Shown piece after piece: positions 37,722 through 52,700 of a stretch of 64,000 nucleotides of DNA. The notes below the pieces were generated by a model. The model was given only the letters and a program-made list of their open reading frames with translations, was not told where the DNA came from and searched no databases. The position numbers and the translations under genes were made by a program. Source of the DNA: Macrostomum lignano (taxonomy: Eukaryota); NCBI GenBank assembly GCA_002269645.1, contig NIVC01000648.1, forward strand, positions 62,001 through 126,000, in the 5' to 3' direction. Positions within the stretch are counted from its first letter, which is position 1; every line of letters starts with the position of its first letter.

Positions 37722-40700
37722 ATGTCGGACCACAGTTCAGCTTCGTCGGACTTTTCGGAGACTCATCCTTCCACCACAACCATCAGCACCGTTGCTGTGC
37801 AGGCTGGTCCTGCCAGAATTGTGCTGGCTGTATTGCGGGTAGGTCTTTCCCACTGAAACATGCTTAGTTCTTTGCCCAGGAATCAACTGTGATTGTCGTG
37901 TATTAGCCTGTATAACGAATTGGATACATAGGAGTTACACAGTTTCTACTAGAAAGACACCCAGGCTTATTGACAAGTCTGTCTTGCCGGCATTCTTATC
38001 AGGGTGCGCTTGTAGCTTCACACACTGGCTAGGGGGGGGGGGGGACCTAGCGACACATGCGAGGGATTCGCGTTTGAAAAGGGGAGCTCAAAATAGAGTA
38101 GAATACCGGCTTGTACGAGCATTGGCATGGTTGTATGCGCATTTGAAAACTTCGAGAACAGATAACCAAATCGATGAAATTTGCAATGCATTTTATTTTA
38201 GTGCGGAGAATGGATCAGAGTTCGTATTCAGCAAATGGACCCGGACCTGTACGACATCGGCGCCAGTTTAGAGGAGGCCATGGAGATGCAGAGAGTTCAC
38301 GAACAGCTGCGCTACAAACTGCAGGTAGTTAAAGTGTTCGATTATTTAAACAATTTTGCGAGTATTAGGACTCAGAACCAAGACTGCACAGACTACCTAG
38401 AAAATTTTTCACAAATTTTAGGCAAAGCAGTCGCAAATCTCAGAGCTTCTGGCCCGAGCAGACGATCTCGTGGCTCAACAGCGCACTCGCACGGAAGTTT
38501 ACGAAGCCATGGCCCAGTCGCTGGGTAAAGCCTGGCAAGATCTTCAAAGCATCATGGAGCGACGCAGCGACTTGCTAGCCCATGCCGTGTTATTCTTCAC
38601 GCACGTCAGCCAGTATTCGAATCAATTCGACCTAATCACCGATCTATGTCGACACTTCGACGCACCGCACGACGGACAGACAGTGGAGCGTCTGCTCCAT
38701 GAGCATCACGAAATGAAGCAGAAGCTGTTGGAGCAGTCCAAAGTTACACTGGAAGTTGGACACCAGCTGCTAGATCATTTGAGGAGGCTGAGCTGTGCCA
38801 CCCAGTCTGAGCAGCGGCAATCTGTTCTGACGGCCTGTAATCGCGTGGAGCGAATTCTCGAGAGCCTGACAGAGCGACGGCGTGGCCTTGACGAGCTGTG
38901 GCGCGGTCGAAAGCACCGGCTAGAAGAGGCCACCAGGCTGACTTCTCTCGACGATGAACTTCAGCGGCTGCTGAGATCGCTTGCCAGAGGCGATTACCTG
39001 GTCTCAAATTGCGAGATCGGTCGGAGCCTTCAGGAGTCTGAGATGCTGATGAAAGAAGTTCTGGCGTTCGGCAACGAGGCGGGCGATGTTCAAGACGCTC
39101 TGCTCCGATTGTGCCGTTCCGCAACGTCTCTCATGGAGCCGGGAGGCTTTGCGGACACGGACTCAATCAGACGGAGGCTTGAGAAGGCCGACCGCGTAGC
39201 AGAAGAGTTCATCCAGCGTTTGGAGACGCGAAGGCGACTGCTAAATATGGCCGTAATTTTCTACAGCGAAGTTGAAGTGCTATTTCAGCGAGCCCGTCGA
39301 CTTGACATTGCGCCAAATGAGTCACTTCACGAGGTTGAAGCCAGGCTGCCTGGGCTTCGCACTACCGGACAGGCATTGCTGGCCAAGCTTGAGCCGGACA
39401 GTCACTCTGCGCATGCGGTCAGGTCGAAGCTGAAGGAAGCTGAAGACTTCCTAGACAAGTGCTACCAGCTCGTGCGCCGTCATGAACAAGAAGATGAGAA
39501 GCGGACTTGCACTAGTCGGCTGGAGATTCTGAACACTTGGATGGTTGAGATTGTCTTCCGTCGGCTGCGCGAGGGCAACGATCCAGGAACTACGGTGGCC
39601 TCAGTGCAGAACTTCATCGATGCGCACCAGCATCTGCTAGAGGAGCTATCAAGACGCGAGGGCGAATTTCATCAGGTTGAAATTCTAATTGAACGCTACA
39701 CGATAAGCGCGCATTCCTTCGGCGCCTGCAGGAGCTGCGCCAGAAACTGGGCCATGCTAAGACCATCTGCCACTTCCGCCTGGACGTTGGTCATCGCTTG
39801 CTGGCCCTACTCAGACAAGCGCAGCAGGACGAGCTCAGTATCCAGGTGTTCCTGAGTGGCCTTGACGAGGCCAGAACCCGGGCTGACCTGCTGACAGACT
39901 ACTGGTTTACGGACTCTGCGAGACAGCAGAATATGCTTGTTAGCCAGCTGTACGATCAGCAAGCGAGCATCAGGGAGATTCTAAAGAAGGTATGACTGAT
40001 TTGCGTAGATTTTTATCCAATAATCCAATGATCAAGACTGTTCATTATAGAATTTATATGATTTTCCCGTCAGATTTCTGCCAGTCGCACGGCTGAAGAC
40101 GACGACTTCTCGGCTGGGCCGCTCAGCCGCTACCTGGAGTCGCAGCTGGCGCGCATCGATGCTCATCTATCGGCCCTGCACGAGCAGTGGAACTCGGCGC
40201 AGCGCCTACGCGAAGAGGTCGGCATCTACAAGCAGCAGCTGCGCGAGTTCAACAGCGACGCCCGACGAGCCGAGGATATGATGCGCGACGCTGAGGCTAA
40301 GTTTACGTCTACTGTGCACTTTCGGTGAGCACATTTTTTGTTGCTGACATAAGTTTCTAACCCTACAAGGGAGAGACTTCTAGATACTTAAAGACTCGAG
40401 TTGAAATACATCGGGGATCAAAGCTCATTTGAAGCTTTAAGAACCGTTGCATTCCATGCTCCATGCTCATTACATTTATTGAATAGTTCAAGCCCCAAAA
40501 CGGGCCTGTCAAAAAAGGCCTTCTGCTACTGTTTATTTGTATGCTATTAACTTTATCAATAATGTTATTGCACCTCATATTAGTATTATGAAAATTTTGC
40601 TAGCTGCTTATCTCTGCAACAATTCTCAAGAAATATCTTTCCACCCTCCAATGCAGTGACTTTCTCGACTTCGACCAGTTTCTAGCCGAGCACAATCGCT

Positions 40701-43700
40701 CTCGCGACGTAGTCAATCAATTCGTCAATTTGACCCTGACCAAGGGTCGCGACCTGCTGCACATGCTGTCAACACGAAGCGAAGACAGCGGCGCAGCCAA
40801 GGAGACTCGCAGCGCTCTCAGCTCGCTTCAGGCGGCCAAAGAGCAATGGGATCGCGTGTGGCAGACGTCTCTAAGTCGAGCGCAGGATCAGCTGAGGTCC
40901 ACGGAAGCGTTGGGGCAAATAGAAGTGAGTGCAGAAATGTGAACAACTGATGCTTCACTAAATATGCATTGATTTTAGTGCAATAATAATTTGTTTCGAA
41001 AGTCTCTGCTGAGCATCGACACACCAGAATGAATAAAACCGTAGGCACAGAAGGATTGCTGCGTATCAGAGGGCTTCACATTGATGGGAGTTTTGCCTTT
41101 AGAATTCTTGGCACGGCTCCAGTTGCGTAAACAGACAGTCAGATTTTCTTCTGCGTCAAACTGTTCCTAATCTTTTTTCTAGCTATTTCTGGCGCCAGTG
41201 ACTGGTTGCTGCTGGTAAAGATGGCGCAAACCACCGCACAAATTTGGACTCTCCCGTGACTGCATCGGGACATACGTATATTCAGCGGTTCAGCATTTTC
41301 CTCTCCCCGCACCTAGACAGGCAGCCCTCCATCACAATCGTTAGTCACGCCGAGGCAGGCAGCAGCAGGGCATCCTTCCCCCCCCTCTGCTAGAAGCCCT
41401 GCTGTCGGACTTCGATCGATAACCTCGAACCTTTGCTAAGCTGAACATCGCGGCATAGGCATTTTCCTAGTTCAAGGGATAGGGGCAGATAAGGCGATCG
41501 GGCTAGCAGGGGAGTGTAGTTCCGCATCTCCCAGTTTCCAGAAAATTCCATTCCACCAGCGCAAGGAATTTTCCTTGTACAAGCCAGTGCAAGCGAACCG
41601 ACGCTATATTCGTCGAAGGCGGTTTTTTGCGTTTTAGTCAAAACAGAACTTAGCTGGAAGCGAATCGATGTAGACGGAGAGGAAGGAACAAATGGTGGCT
41701 CGGACCTTTCCACTGCTTCAAGCGATGGATCCATTAATAATCCTTCCGGGGGGCCGCTTGGGCCGGTCGATGCAGCTACACGAAGCGAGATATGCGCAAA
41801 AAAGCTGGCGTAATTTTCAATGCCATCCTATAGCAGATGTTTCGCTGAAATGCGGCATAGTCACGTTTTGTTCTATAAAGGTGCGATAGTCCAATGAAGC
41901 GGAAGCTGCAGTTCGGCTGACTAAAAGCTGCGAAAGAGTGGGGGGTACACAGGCACACAAGGGCTGGACACTGACTAAATTCTATTGGGACTACTGGTAC
42001 GCGCTGGACGGGTCCGAGTTTAAATAGCATAGTAGACACCGCCGAAAAAGAGAAATAGTATGGAATGGATGAATGACAATGGGCGGCGGAGGCGAGCACA
42101 ATTAAGTGAGTTGTGCAGATAATTATTAACTCAGGACTGTGCTTGGCTGGTCAGTAGCGCACATTCTCTCTAGCTCATTCTCTTTCCATCTCTTTCCTCT
42201 GTTCTTCGAGTCTTCTTTAGTCAAAGTGTTTCAATGGACTAACATGTACAGTAAAGTGGCCATGCCTGAGCTGACCTGAGCACCTGCTCATGTGGTACTC
42301 ATCGTACGAGTACTCAGCGTAGACAAGCAGTTATTTCGGCTTTTTAGAAAGCCGTAAGAATTTTTTTATAAAAAACGTCAAGTCAACATGCAATCGTCAT
42401 CGGGGCCCAATTTTCAGTACGTTGAGCGAGAAGTCGATCAGGCAGTGCTGGAGCTTCGCCGAGCCCGCGACGCCATGCAGACGGAGCCATCGGAGAAAAC
42501 ACGAGACAGCCTGCAACTGCTAGAGAACCGAGTACCGGTACGGTTGCTGATCTACGCCTAGAGTTATGTAGAACAGAACAGAACAGAACAGAACAGAACA
42601 GAACAGAACAGAACAGAACAGAACAGAACAGAACAGAACAGAACAGAACAGAACAGAACAGAACAGAACAGAACAGAACAGAACAGAACAGAACAGAACA
42701 GAACAGAACAGAACAGAACAGAACAGAACAGAACAGAACAGAACAGAACAGAACAGAACAGAACAGAACAGAACAGAACAGAACAGAACAGAGCAGAACA
42801 GAGCAGAACAGAACAGAACAGAACAGAGCAGAACAGAACAGAACAGAACAGAACAGAACAGAACAGAACAGAGCAGAGCAGAACAGAACAGAGCAGAACA
42901 GAACACAACCGACCAGATCATGGTTCAATGGTCTCAATTCCATGGTGTCATTGAATTTCTAATAAATTTTCGGACTTTTAGCAAAACTAACGAAAATTGT
43001 GAATTCAGTATCTAAAAGATCAAGTCCGAGCATCCACTGAGCGTTCGGAGAGCCAGGTGACCATGGAGCGGGCCAATCAGTTAAAGAAAAAGTGGAGCCA
43101 CTTTCTCATTGACTTGCAAGAGTTCCGCACCCAAGTCGATCTCAATCTCAGCTTCCGCGACTCGTCGAAAAAGGTTGAGACGCACATCAGTGAGCTTTGG
43201 TTCTTCCTGAAAAGTAAGCGTCAGCAGCTGGATCAGTCTCAAGATCCGATTGTTTTCGATCGTATTGAGAAGGAGCTGCAGGACCGGCTGAATACGGTGC
43301 CGCAGGAAATCGATCAGGAACTGAGAAACCTTAGCGAGTTGTCTTTCCAGCTGTATGGCTCCGCTGGACCGCAGCGGGTGCATCCGCTCACTGTGAAGGC
43401 CCAGGACTCTATCGGTGCGCTCAAGTCGCTGGATGACGAGTGCGTACAGAAGAACGAACACAGGCGCCAGTCGCAGGGTCCGCTTCAGGCGCCGGTCATC
43501 ACTCAGCCGCTGCGCAACATCCAAGTAGAGGAGGGCTGCCCAGTTACACTCGAGGTGGCCTACAAGGAAGATTCTCGCTGCCAGACCGCCAGTCCGCAGT
43601 GGTTCAAAGACGGTATCACAGTTGACAGTCCTGACTACAAGACGCGTGCCTATCCGGGCCACGCCACCCTCACCATTGACGAGACATTTGCTGATGACTC

Positions 43701-46700
43701 AGCCAAGTACACGTGCAAGGTGAGCAACCCCGCTGGCGCAGATGAAACTAGTGCCTACCTCAGCGTAGTCGAGACGCACCGAACTTTGGAACCGCCGGAC
43801 TTTACCAAGCAACTTCGATCTGTGGATGTTCTTGAGGGAGAACCGCTAACGCTTGAGTGTCACGTGATTGGCGAGCCGTTTCCAAAGGTTTGCTGGTTTC
43901 GGAACGACATCAACCTGGACGCGTCGCCGGAGTACGTCATTACGCTAATTAACGGAGTGTGCACGTTAAAGGCGCGCAGCATGCAGACAATACACGCGGG
44001 CCGGTATCTGTGCAAAGCAACGTCATCTGCTGGATCTGCATCTACAACTTGTCTAGTTGGGATCAAACAACTTCAACGCCCTGTCATCCTGCAGCAACTT
44101 CCGTCAACTGCCGTCGATGTTGGAGTTCCAGTGCGTTTGGAGACCAAGTTTGAGGCGATGCCGCCGCCTGAAGTATCTTGGCTGAAAGACGGTGTCCCAG
44201 TGTTTGACTCGCCGGGTCGCAAAATCAATATCGGAGCCAACGCAACCAGCCTATCGATAGACCGTGCCGAGCCCAGAGACCAGGGTCGCTATTCAGTGTC
44301 CGTGAGGAATCCGGCCGGACAGGCCCAAACTAGCGGCACTCTAAACGTCAGCGGACCCGAAGATCTCCACCGGCCAAGCCAGATGAAGAGACAGGCCCAG
44401 CCTCAGCTGGACGATTGGCAGCAGCCAAAGCTTGCGAAAAAGCAAAACTCTAAACCAGTATTTGTATCGCCTCTAAAGGATGTTACAGTGCCAGAAGGAG
44501 CGCCCGTGCGCCTTGATTGCTCCGTCACTGGTGTTCCTGATCCTTCTGTTGAGTGGTTTAAATCAGGCCGCTCTATAATGGAATCATCTGACTATAAATT
44601 TTCTATTGAAGGCGACAAGGTGGTCTTGACAATACCGGAGGCCTTTTCAAATGACACGGCCGAGTACATGATCCGCGCGTTCAACGATTTCGGCTCCGCT
44701 GAGAGTCGCTGCAAAGTGAGGGTTCTGCCACCGATCACAACGAATCAGCGCCCGTCGACGAATCTGTGGCGCCGACAAGAGCGAAAAAGCCGCAGCGAGA
44801 GCTCCGCATGCCACGAGATGAAGGCGCACCACCCGAATTTGTTCGCAAGCTGGCCGGTCAAAACTGCAGCGAGGGCGAGCCCTTAGAGATGTCAGTGCAA
44901 ATCACGGGAAGTCCAGTGCCACAGGTGGTTTGGTTCAAGGATGGCAAGAAAATCGAACCATCGCCGGACTTCATTCTCGGAAACGACGGTGAGACAAGCT
45001 TCATGAAAATACCGGAAGTCTTTCAAGAGGACTCTGGTCGCTACGAAGTCGTCGCCACTAATCCGCACGGCACAGCTAAGTCTGGCGCAAACCTGCGCGT
45101 CAGACCGTTGTCAACTGAGGGAATTAAGATCTCTCCGCAGATGTACGTGAATCAGTCGGCCCAGCAACCACCAGAATTTACTAAACTGTTCCGCGATCAG
45201 ACGGCTAAAACATCAGAACCAATCACCATCTCATGCGAAGTAACCGGCATTCCGGAGCCCATTGTCCGCTGGACATTCAACGGTCAGCCAGTTAAGCCAA
45301 GCCAAGCACGCATAACAGTGCAGGGCAATAAGCATAGCCTGAGCATTCCCTCTATCGATAGCAGCCACGCCGGCAGGTACGCAGCCACAGCGGAAAATCC
45401 TCACGGTCGAGCCACCTGTGCCGCGCTGCTTGTAGTGGAGGATGCAAAGGAAAATCGTTACTTTCCAAGGACTACCTACGAGACTGCCACCCACGTGATT
45501 AGCAAAAAGTATTCAGCTTCAGCGGAACACCTGCAGCAGATGCGAGTTGTGCCCGCGATTCCATGGCGACCGGCCAGTCCAAGGTAAATCAAAGGGTATT
45601 TTACAACTTTTACATTTAACTGCCCTTAAATGTTTAATTATTTTAACATTTTATTCACATACATCCGCTCGATTCCGCAGGTCGCATTCATCCTACTACA
45701 AGACAGAACTGACTGGAAGCACTTTTGCTCCCGTCGACCTGACATTCAGCATGCCGATTCCGCCTGAGTTTATCCAGCCAATCAAGTCTGTGACTGCTAA
45801 AGAAGGGGCGAGGGTTGAATTCGACGGATTCCTAGTTGGCAAGCCGGAGCCCACTGTTCGATGGTTCCGCGGTGGCCGAGAGTTGCACGACAGTCCCGAC
45901 TTTGAAATCAAGTTCAAGGACGGTCGGGTTACCCTATCAATACCAGAAGCATTCCCGGAAGATCAGGGAACCTACACCTGCGAGGCGTCGAACAAGGGAG
46001 GGCAGACGTCTTCTTCGGCTGAACTAGTCATTCGCGCCAGGACTCTCGCTCCTGTTTTCCTAAAAGGACTCGAGAGCCAGCAGGTTTTCGAGGGCCAACC
46101 TGTTCACTTCGTTGTGAAGGTCGGGGGTGACGATTCAACACGAGTGTCTTGGTACCGAGACGGCAGCAAAATTGAGAGTTCACCAGACTTCACAATCGAG
46201 CAGATAGGCGACCTTCACACGCTGAAGATTCCGGAGTGCTTCACTGAAGACAGCGGCCGTTACACAGTGACGGCAACTAATGAAAGCGGAGAGGTTGTGT
46301 CATCGGCCACTCTCACTGTTAAGGAAGTGACGGGAACTGCCGAGGGACCTCCCGTAACAAAGCGAAAGAAAACTACCGGACTAGAATACCAGTATCAAAC
46401 CGACCATCCACAGTATCCTGTCGCACCAAAGGTGGCCGAGGAGTCTGTTTCGATAGCCACTATCCAACCAGCAGCTCAGCGACCCCAACAGCTGCCACCG
46501 AGATTCACGCAACGTCTTATGCCGGCCTATTCGGCTAATGAGGGTGACAAGCTTACCCTTAATGTTCAATTCGAGGGCAAGCCTGCACCATCTGTGAGTT
46601 GGTTCAAGAATGGAGCTGCAATTTTAGAATCATCTGACTACACCGTTGTTACCAGCGAGTTCGAATCTCGACTAACAATTCCGGAAGTCTTCCCGAAGAC

Positions 46701-49700
46701 TCGGGCAGCTATGCGTGCTCAGTTGAAAACCCTGCTGGCAGCGATGCTTGCGAGTCTAGCTTAGCTGTTCAGCCAAAGCCGCCTTCACAGGAGCCGCCGA
46801 CTTTTGTGCGACCTCTTCGTCCAGCGCACCTGCATACTGGAGAGCGGGCAAATTTCCAGGTAGAATTTACTGGCAAGCCAAGACCAAGCGTCGAGTGGTA
46901 CCTTAGCGGCCGTCAGTTACACAACTCCCCGGCCTGTCAAATTGGCGTTGTTGGACAGAAATCGACACTTGAGATACCCAGAATCGACGAGTCATTTGCT
47001 GGGTTGCTGGAGTGCATTTTGCATAATCCGGCGGGTTCACGGTCTACTGAAGCCCCAATCACCGTTGAGCCCTCAGAGATTCCAGCTAAGTTTACACAGC
47101 GCCTGGCTCCTGAATACAGCAAGCTAGAAGGTGACAGCCTGCGCATGACAGTTCGCTTTACTGGCGATCCAGCACCTTCGATTTCCTGGTTCAAGGATGG
47201 CCAGCCCCTGGAGAGCTCACCGGACATTCAGGTGCAAATTGGCCGGGGAGAGTCGAGCATTTTCATTCCCGAAGCTTTCGCCGAGGATTCTGGAGAGTTC
47301 TCCTGCACAGTGGAGAACTCCACTGGACGGGAGACTTGCGTGGCCGAGCTGAACGTGCTCGATGCGGCCAGGCCAGACGAGACTGCACCCGCTGAGGAGC
47401 AGCCCAGGTTCACTAAGAAGCTTTTCCCGATCAGTGTAGACGAAGGCCAAAGAGCTGTCTTCGAGGTTACAGTCGCGGGCAATCCGGCACCAACTGTCGC
47501 CTGGTACAAGGATGGAGTCCGCGTCAGCAGTTCAAGCGACGCCGATGGTCGACGCATTCAAGTTAGTCAAACAGGCGGCACTGCTACCCTAGTCATCAGC
47601 TCGGCTGTGGAGTCAGATAGCGGCGTAGTTGCCTGCGTAGCTGAGAATCCTCTTGGCCGGGAGACTACCGATGTATCGCTGCGTGTAAACCCTGCAATGC
47701 GCCCACCGAGATTCCTTGGCGGCCTCGAGCCTCAACTGTCCGCCAACACCGGCGAGGACGTTGTTCTTAGCGTTCGCTTCGACGGCCGGCCAGTGCCGCG
47801 CGTTACCTGGCTGCGAAATGGTGCACCGATTCCGGAAGGCCCACACGCTCGCATGGAGGAGTTCGGCAATCAAGCGACAATCATGCTGACTGCATGCCAG
47901 CCTGAGCAGAGCGGTCTCATTGCCTGCGTTCTGCACAATCCTGCCGGTACCGAACGCTGCGAGTCCCTTCTAACTGTTAAACCTAAGCAGGTGGTTCCGA
48001 CTTTCAAGCGGCGTCTGCAGCCAGTCAGCGTCAAGGAGGGCGAAAAAGCCATTTTTATCGTAGAGGTCGCGGGCGAGCCAAAACCTGAAGTGCTTTGGAA
48101 GCGCGAGAACCTGCCGATAGAAAGCTCTACAGATTTTCAAATAGCCGCTGTTGGCACTGTGCACTCGCTGACTATACCGGAGTGCTTCCCAGAGGACGCT
48201 GGACTGTTTGCCTGCCAAATCAAGAATGCCGCGGGATCCGACTCCTGCACTGCGCATCTAACTGTCGAACCAAAACGTATGTATCAGATGTTTATTGTTT
48301 TTCTGTCATTCACTGTAACACTCTACAGTAATGCATCTAGTTTTTGCTATCTCTCAAATTACTTCAGCCGAGATGAAACAACAGAAGCCGCAACTGCTGA
48401 AGCCTCCGCGGAATGTCACTGTCGACGAAGGCCAACCGGCAGCTTTCGTTGCCGAGTTCAGCGGCACGCCAGAGCCGCAGGCCGTCTGGCTTCGAGAGGG
48501 CGCGCCAATTGAGGCGTCGCCAGATTTTTTGATTGAAGCGCCTCGACCCGGCTGCAGCGTGTTGCGCATCCCAGAGTGCTTCTCTGAAGACGCCGGAGCC
48601 TTCCAGCTGGCCCTGCAGAATAGCGAGGGCCGAACAGTGTGCGATGTGACGCTTACCGTACTAGCCAAAGGTGAGACTTTAGCTGTCAAAGCGTGGAATT
48701 TTTCGGCTTTTGTGTGTCTTAAATAGTATCCTGAATATACCCCCGCTTCTCCTTGCCGTCCACGATTTGCAGCTCCAACACCACCGCCGGCGCCGCCTCC
48801 ACCACCGCCACCGCCGCAGCAGCCGATTCTGCCAGCCGGCGCGGCTAAGCCGCAGTTCGAGCGACCCGCCCGCAATGCGTGCTTGATGGAAGGCCAGCCG
48901 ACGCAGCTGGACGCCCGCGTCTTCGGCCGGCCGGCGCCGAGTGTGCGCTGGTTGAAGAACGGTCACCCGGTGCGTGACAGCTCCCGAGTTCAGAGCAGCT
49001 ACAATGCTGACACTGGGGAAGCCGTAATCTACATCTCAATGTGCCTGCCGGAGGATGCTGGAACCTACGCCTGTCAGGCAATCAATCCCGCCGGCACTGA
49101 ATCTTGCACCGCCCAGCTGCTGGAGCCCGCCTCCTATCATGCCTGGCTGCAGACCGAGCAGGCGCGACAGGCCAAGGAGGCGGAAGTGGCCCAGAAGAGG
49201 TCGCTAGTGAGTGAACTTGAGTCCAGGTTTACTGCGCCACCAGCGGCCAGGCGCCGCTCCAGCCAGGCGAGCGCTGACGAGCCCGACACAGGCGCCGTGT
49301 CTGCGCCGTTCAATCTGAGCAGCTTCGAGCGCTCCCTGCTGTCCGGGCCAGCTTGGACCGATGATCAAGATCAGCAACTGCGACCTTCGGCTCGAATGGT
49401 GAAGCCAACATTTGTTGAACGCTTGCTAGACCAGCGGCTGAAGGAGAACACTGAGACTGTGTTCTACTGCCGAGTTTGGGGCGACCCGATGCCCCGGGTC
49501 AAGTGGTTCTGGAACGGCAAGGTTGTCAAACGCAACGAGCACGTCTGGTTTGGCCTAGACGAATACGGTATTGCTCAGCTGCGCATCCAGAGCACAAGAC
49601 ATCAAGACCGCGGCTTCTACACCGCCTGCGCCTACAATCCCGTCGGCAGAGACGTCAGCTCCGCTCAATTGTCCGTCGAGACCACTGGCGAGATCGTTTT

Positions 49701-52700
49701 GGATAGCTATGTCAGCGAAGATACGCTGAAGGAACTGGCCCGCCTTCGCCGAGAAAAGAAGAAGGACTATGGAGAGTCTGGCATTGACGAAAAGCTCTAC
49801 CGGCCGCACTTCAAGTCGGTCCCCTCCGACTGCGAAGCCCGAGAAGGCGCAGTTCTCCGTCTGGACTCAATCGTAAGCGGTCGGCCCATCCCGGAGATGC
49901 TCTGGTTCCGCGACTCTGTCAAGGTCAACGAGGATGACCTGCACAAAATAGTGATTAACGAAGAAGGCATTCACTCGCTGATATTCAACAGTCTGGTAGC
50001 GGCAGACTCCGGTGAGTACCTGTGCATCGCTCGCAACCGGGCTGGCGAGGACCGGTTCCAGGTATGCGTCAACGTCAAGCCGCGAGAGCACGCCAGTGTG
50101 CCGCGATTTGTCCAGAAAATCTCTACGCTAACGGTTAACGAAGGCGAACCAGTTGAGTTCCACTGCGCTGTTGAAGGGGCGCCTCAGCCGTTGCTGTCCT
50201 GGCAAAAAGACGGCCGTATGATCAATCCGGAGCAGTGCGAGCGCTACCAGATCGCCGTGGTTGGCCTGACCACCTCATTGACTATTCCGATTGTCGAGCT
50301 GTCCGACGCGGCCTGGTTCCAGTGCACCGCGGCCAACATCGCGGGTACAGCGTGCTCCCGGGCCAAGCTGAACGTGCTGCCGGTGCTGAAGGCGCCGGAG
50401 CCCGAGCGCAAACTGGTGATCACCAAGGCCAGCAGTACGCCCCGCCGCCCGGAGCCGGAGCAGCAGCCCGAATGGATCTCCACAAGGCGCATTGACGCGT
50501 AAGTAGCTTGCATCCAGGTACTTCTGAGGGACAGAGTACCTCGGCATTGAAACGCCAACGGTATTAAATCCTCAAACTAATACATTTACACAAACAACCA
50601 ACAGTACAATGGAGTCGCAGCCGCCGGCGGAGACAGAGAACTACGCCCCGACATTCACGAAGAAGCCGGCCCAGATCAAGGTTGCTCAGGGCGGCACGGC
50701 GAAGTTCATGACCCGAGTGGCTGGCAACCCGATGCCCGAAGTCACCTGGATTCTGAATGGAAATCAAATAGAGACGGTGAGTGAGCTTGCAGAGTTTTAT
50801 TTGGAGATTCAAGTCGAAACTCATTAGCTACTTTGAGTAGCCATCGGAAAATTAAAGTAAATCGTGCAATTTTTTTTATCAAACCTTTCAAAAAATCTAC
50901 CGGTGTCCCACATATAATGATAATAATAAACTCAGGAGGGCTTTGGGGCACCCTGGCGCTACGACTTCAGCGACATCGTACAACAGTCCCAGCGCTGAGG
51001 CAATTCTGCCCATTCCGCTGACTTCTGAGCACATTCAATAATGTACGCAGGCACGCACTCATACACAGGCTCATGCAGGGTTTACAGCAGCCCTTTGAAT
51101 TTCTAATGTACACTCTCCGAGCCTTGGGGGTTGGCCCTTCGTGTGTATGAATCGCGCAAAATCCCCGCCCGACGCACGACGGAATCGAACCAAGGGTCGT
51201 GGTGCAAGAGTCAGACGCGTTTTCCTCTGCTCTGCCCCCACTGGAGACCCCACAAGTAGGAAGCGATGTTCCGGCGAAATTTCTTTCCTTGGATCCTACT
51301 GCGAAATCGGTTTCAAGAGAACAAAACAGTACATGTACATCGAGTGTCGCTGGTCTCCATCGATTGATAGATTCTAAATGAAATAATGGTCGATTTGGAG
51401 CTTAAAATCACTATTTGCGGTTGCAATAGCTTACCAATTTTGTCACCAAATCGCATTGCAGACAAGTCGATTCCGAGTGTGGTTCGATGGCATGATGCAC
51501 AACCTGGAGGTGTCTCGGGCCGAGCCCGAAGATACGGGCGTTGTTGAAGTGGTCGCTATCAACGATCTAGGCGAAGTCAGGTGCTCGACCGCGCTCACGG
51601 TGGAGCCAGCAGCTGATTGGAGATCTCAGCTTAAGCCGCTGCAGGGTAAGCTGCTTGCAACTGGCTTTATTATGCTTCTCACGTCTCTTTCGCCATCTCA
51701 ACTCTTCTCTCTCACTTCTCACCTTTCCCATCTCAAATCTAATATCTTATTTCTCCGATCTCACTTGTCCAATCTCATTTTTCAACCTCATTTCTACAAT
51801 CTCACCTCTCCAATCTCACCTCTTCAATCTCATCTCTTCAATCTCACCTCTACAGTTTCCCCTCTCCAATCTCACTTCTCTAGTCTAATCTCATCTCTCC
51901 AATCTCACCTATCTAATCTCACCTCTTCTACCACACATTTACCGTTTCACCTCTGTAATCTTTCTGCTCCAAGCCCTCAAAGTCTACCAAATGGTATAAC
52001 ATCTCAAATCTCGTATTTTAATCCAAAGAGGATGTGAACTTAAGCGCAATTTGGAAGCCGTGAGTCCAGCAACCCAACCGCTGCGAAATTCTCACTATTC
52101 AGACCCAAAATAGACAAGAAAAGCGTAGTTGATCTTTCTTCCACCCCGGCCGCTTCCGCATAGGACAAATGGGGAAAATGGGGATTTCATGTGAACTTAA
52201 GGCTCTGAAATGGAAGCGGTGGCCGATTGAGCCGGTTTCTCTATCGGATCTCTCTACTGGACCGACAATGAGAGAAGAATCGTCGAAAACCGCATCTCTC
52301 TATCATTTGGGCTCCCTGAATGGGATAAATGGGGAAAAATGGGGATTTCATGTGAACTTCCATTCAGGGAGACCAAATGATAGAGAGATGCGGTTTTCGA
52401 CGATTCTTCTCTCATTGTCGGTCCAGTAGAGAGATCCGATAGAGAAACCGGCTCAATCGGCCACCGCTTCCATTTCAGAGCCTTAAGTTCACATGAAATC
52501 CCGATTTTTCCCCATTTGTCCTATGCGGAAGCGGCCGGGGTGGAAGAAAGATCAACTACGCTTTTCTTGTCTATTTTGGGTCTGAATAGTGAGAATTTCG
52601 CAGCGGTTGGGTTGCTGGACTCACGGCTTCCAAATTGCGCTTAAGTTCACATCCTCTTTATTTGTCCATCTATACTCATACATTTGCCACATAATAAGCA

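Noticed and set aside
42383-42943. CSVLF repeat ORFs
   Set aside because: (GAACA)n microsatellite.
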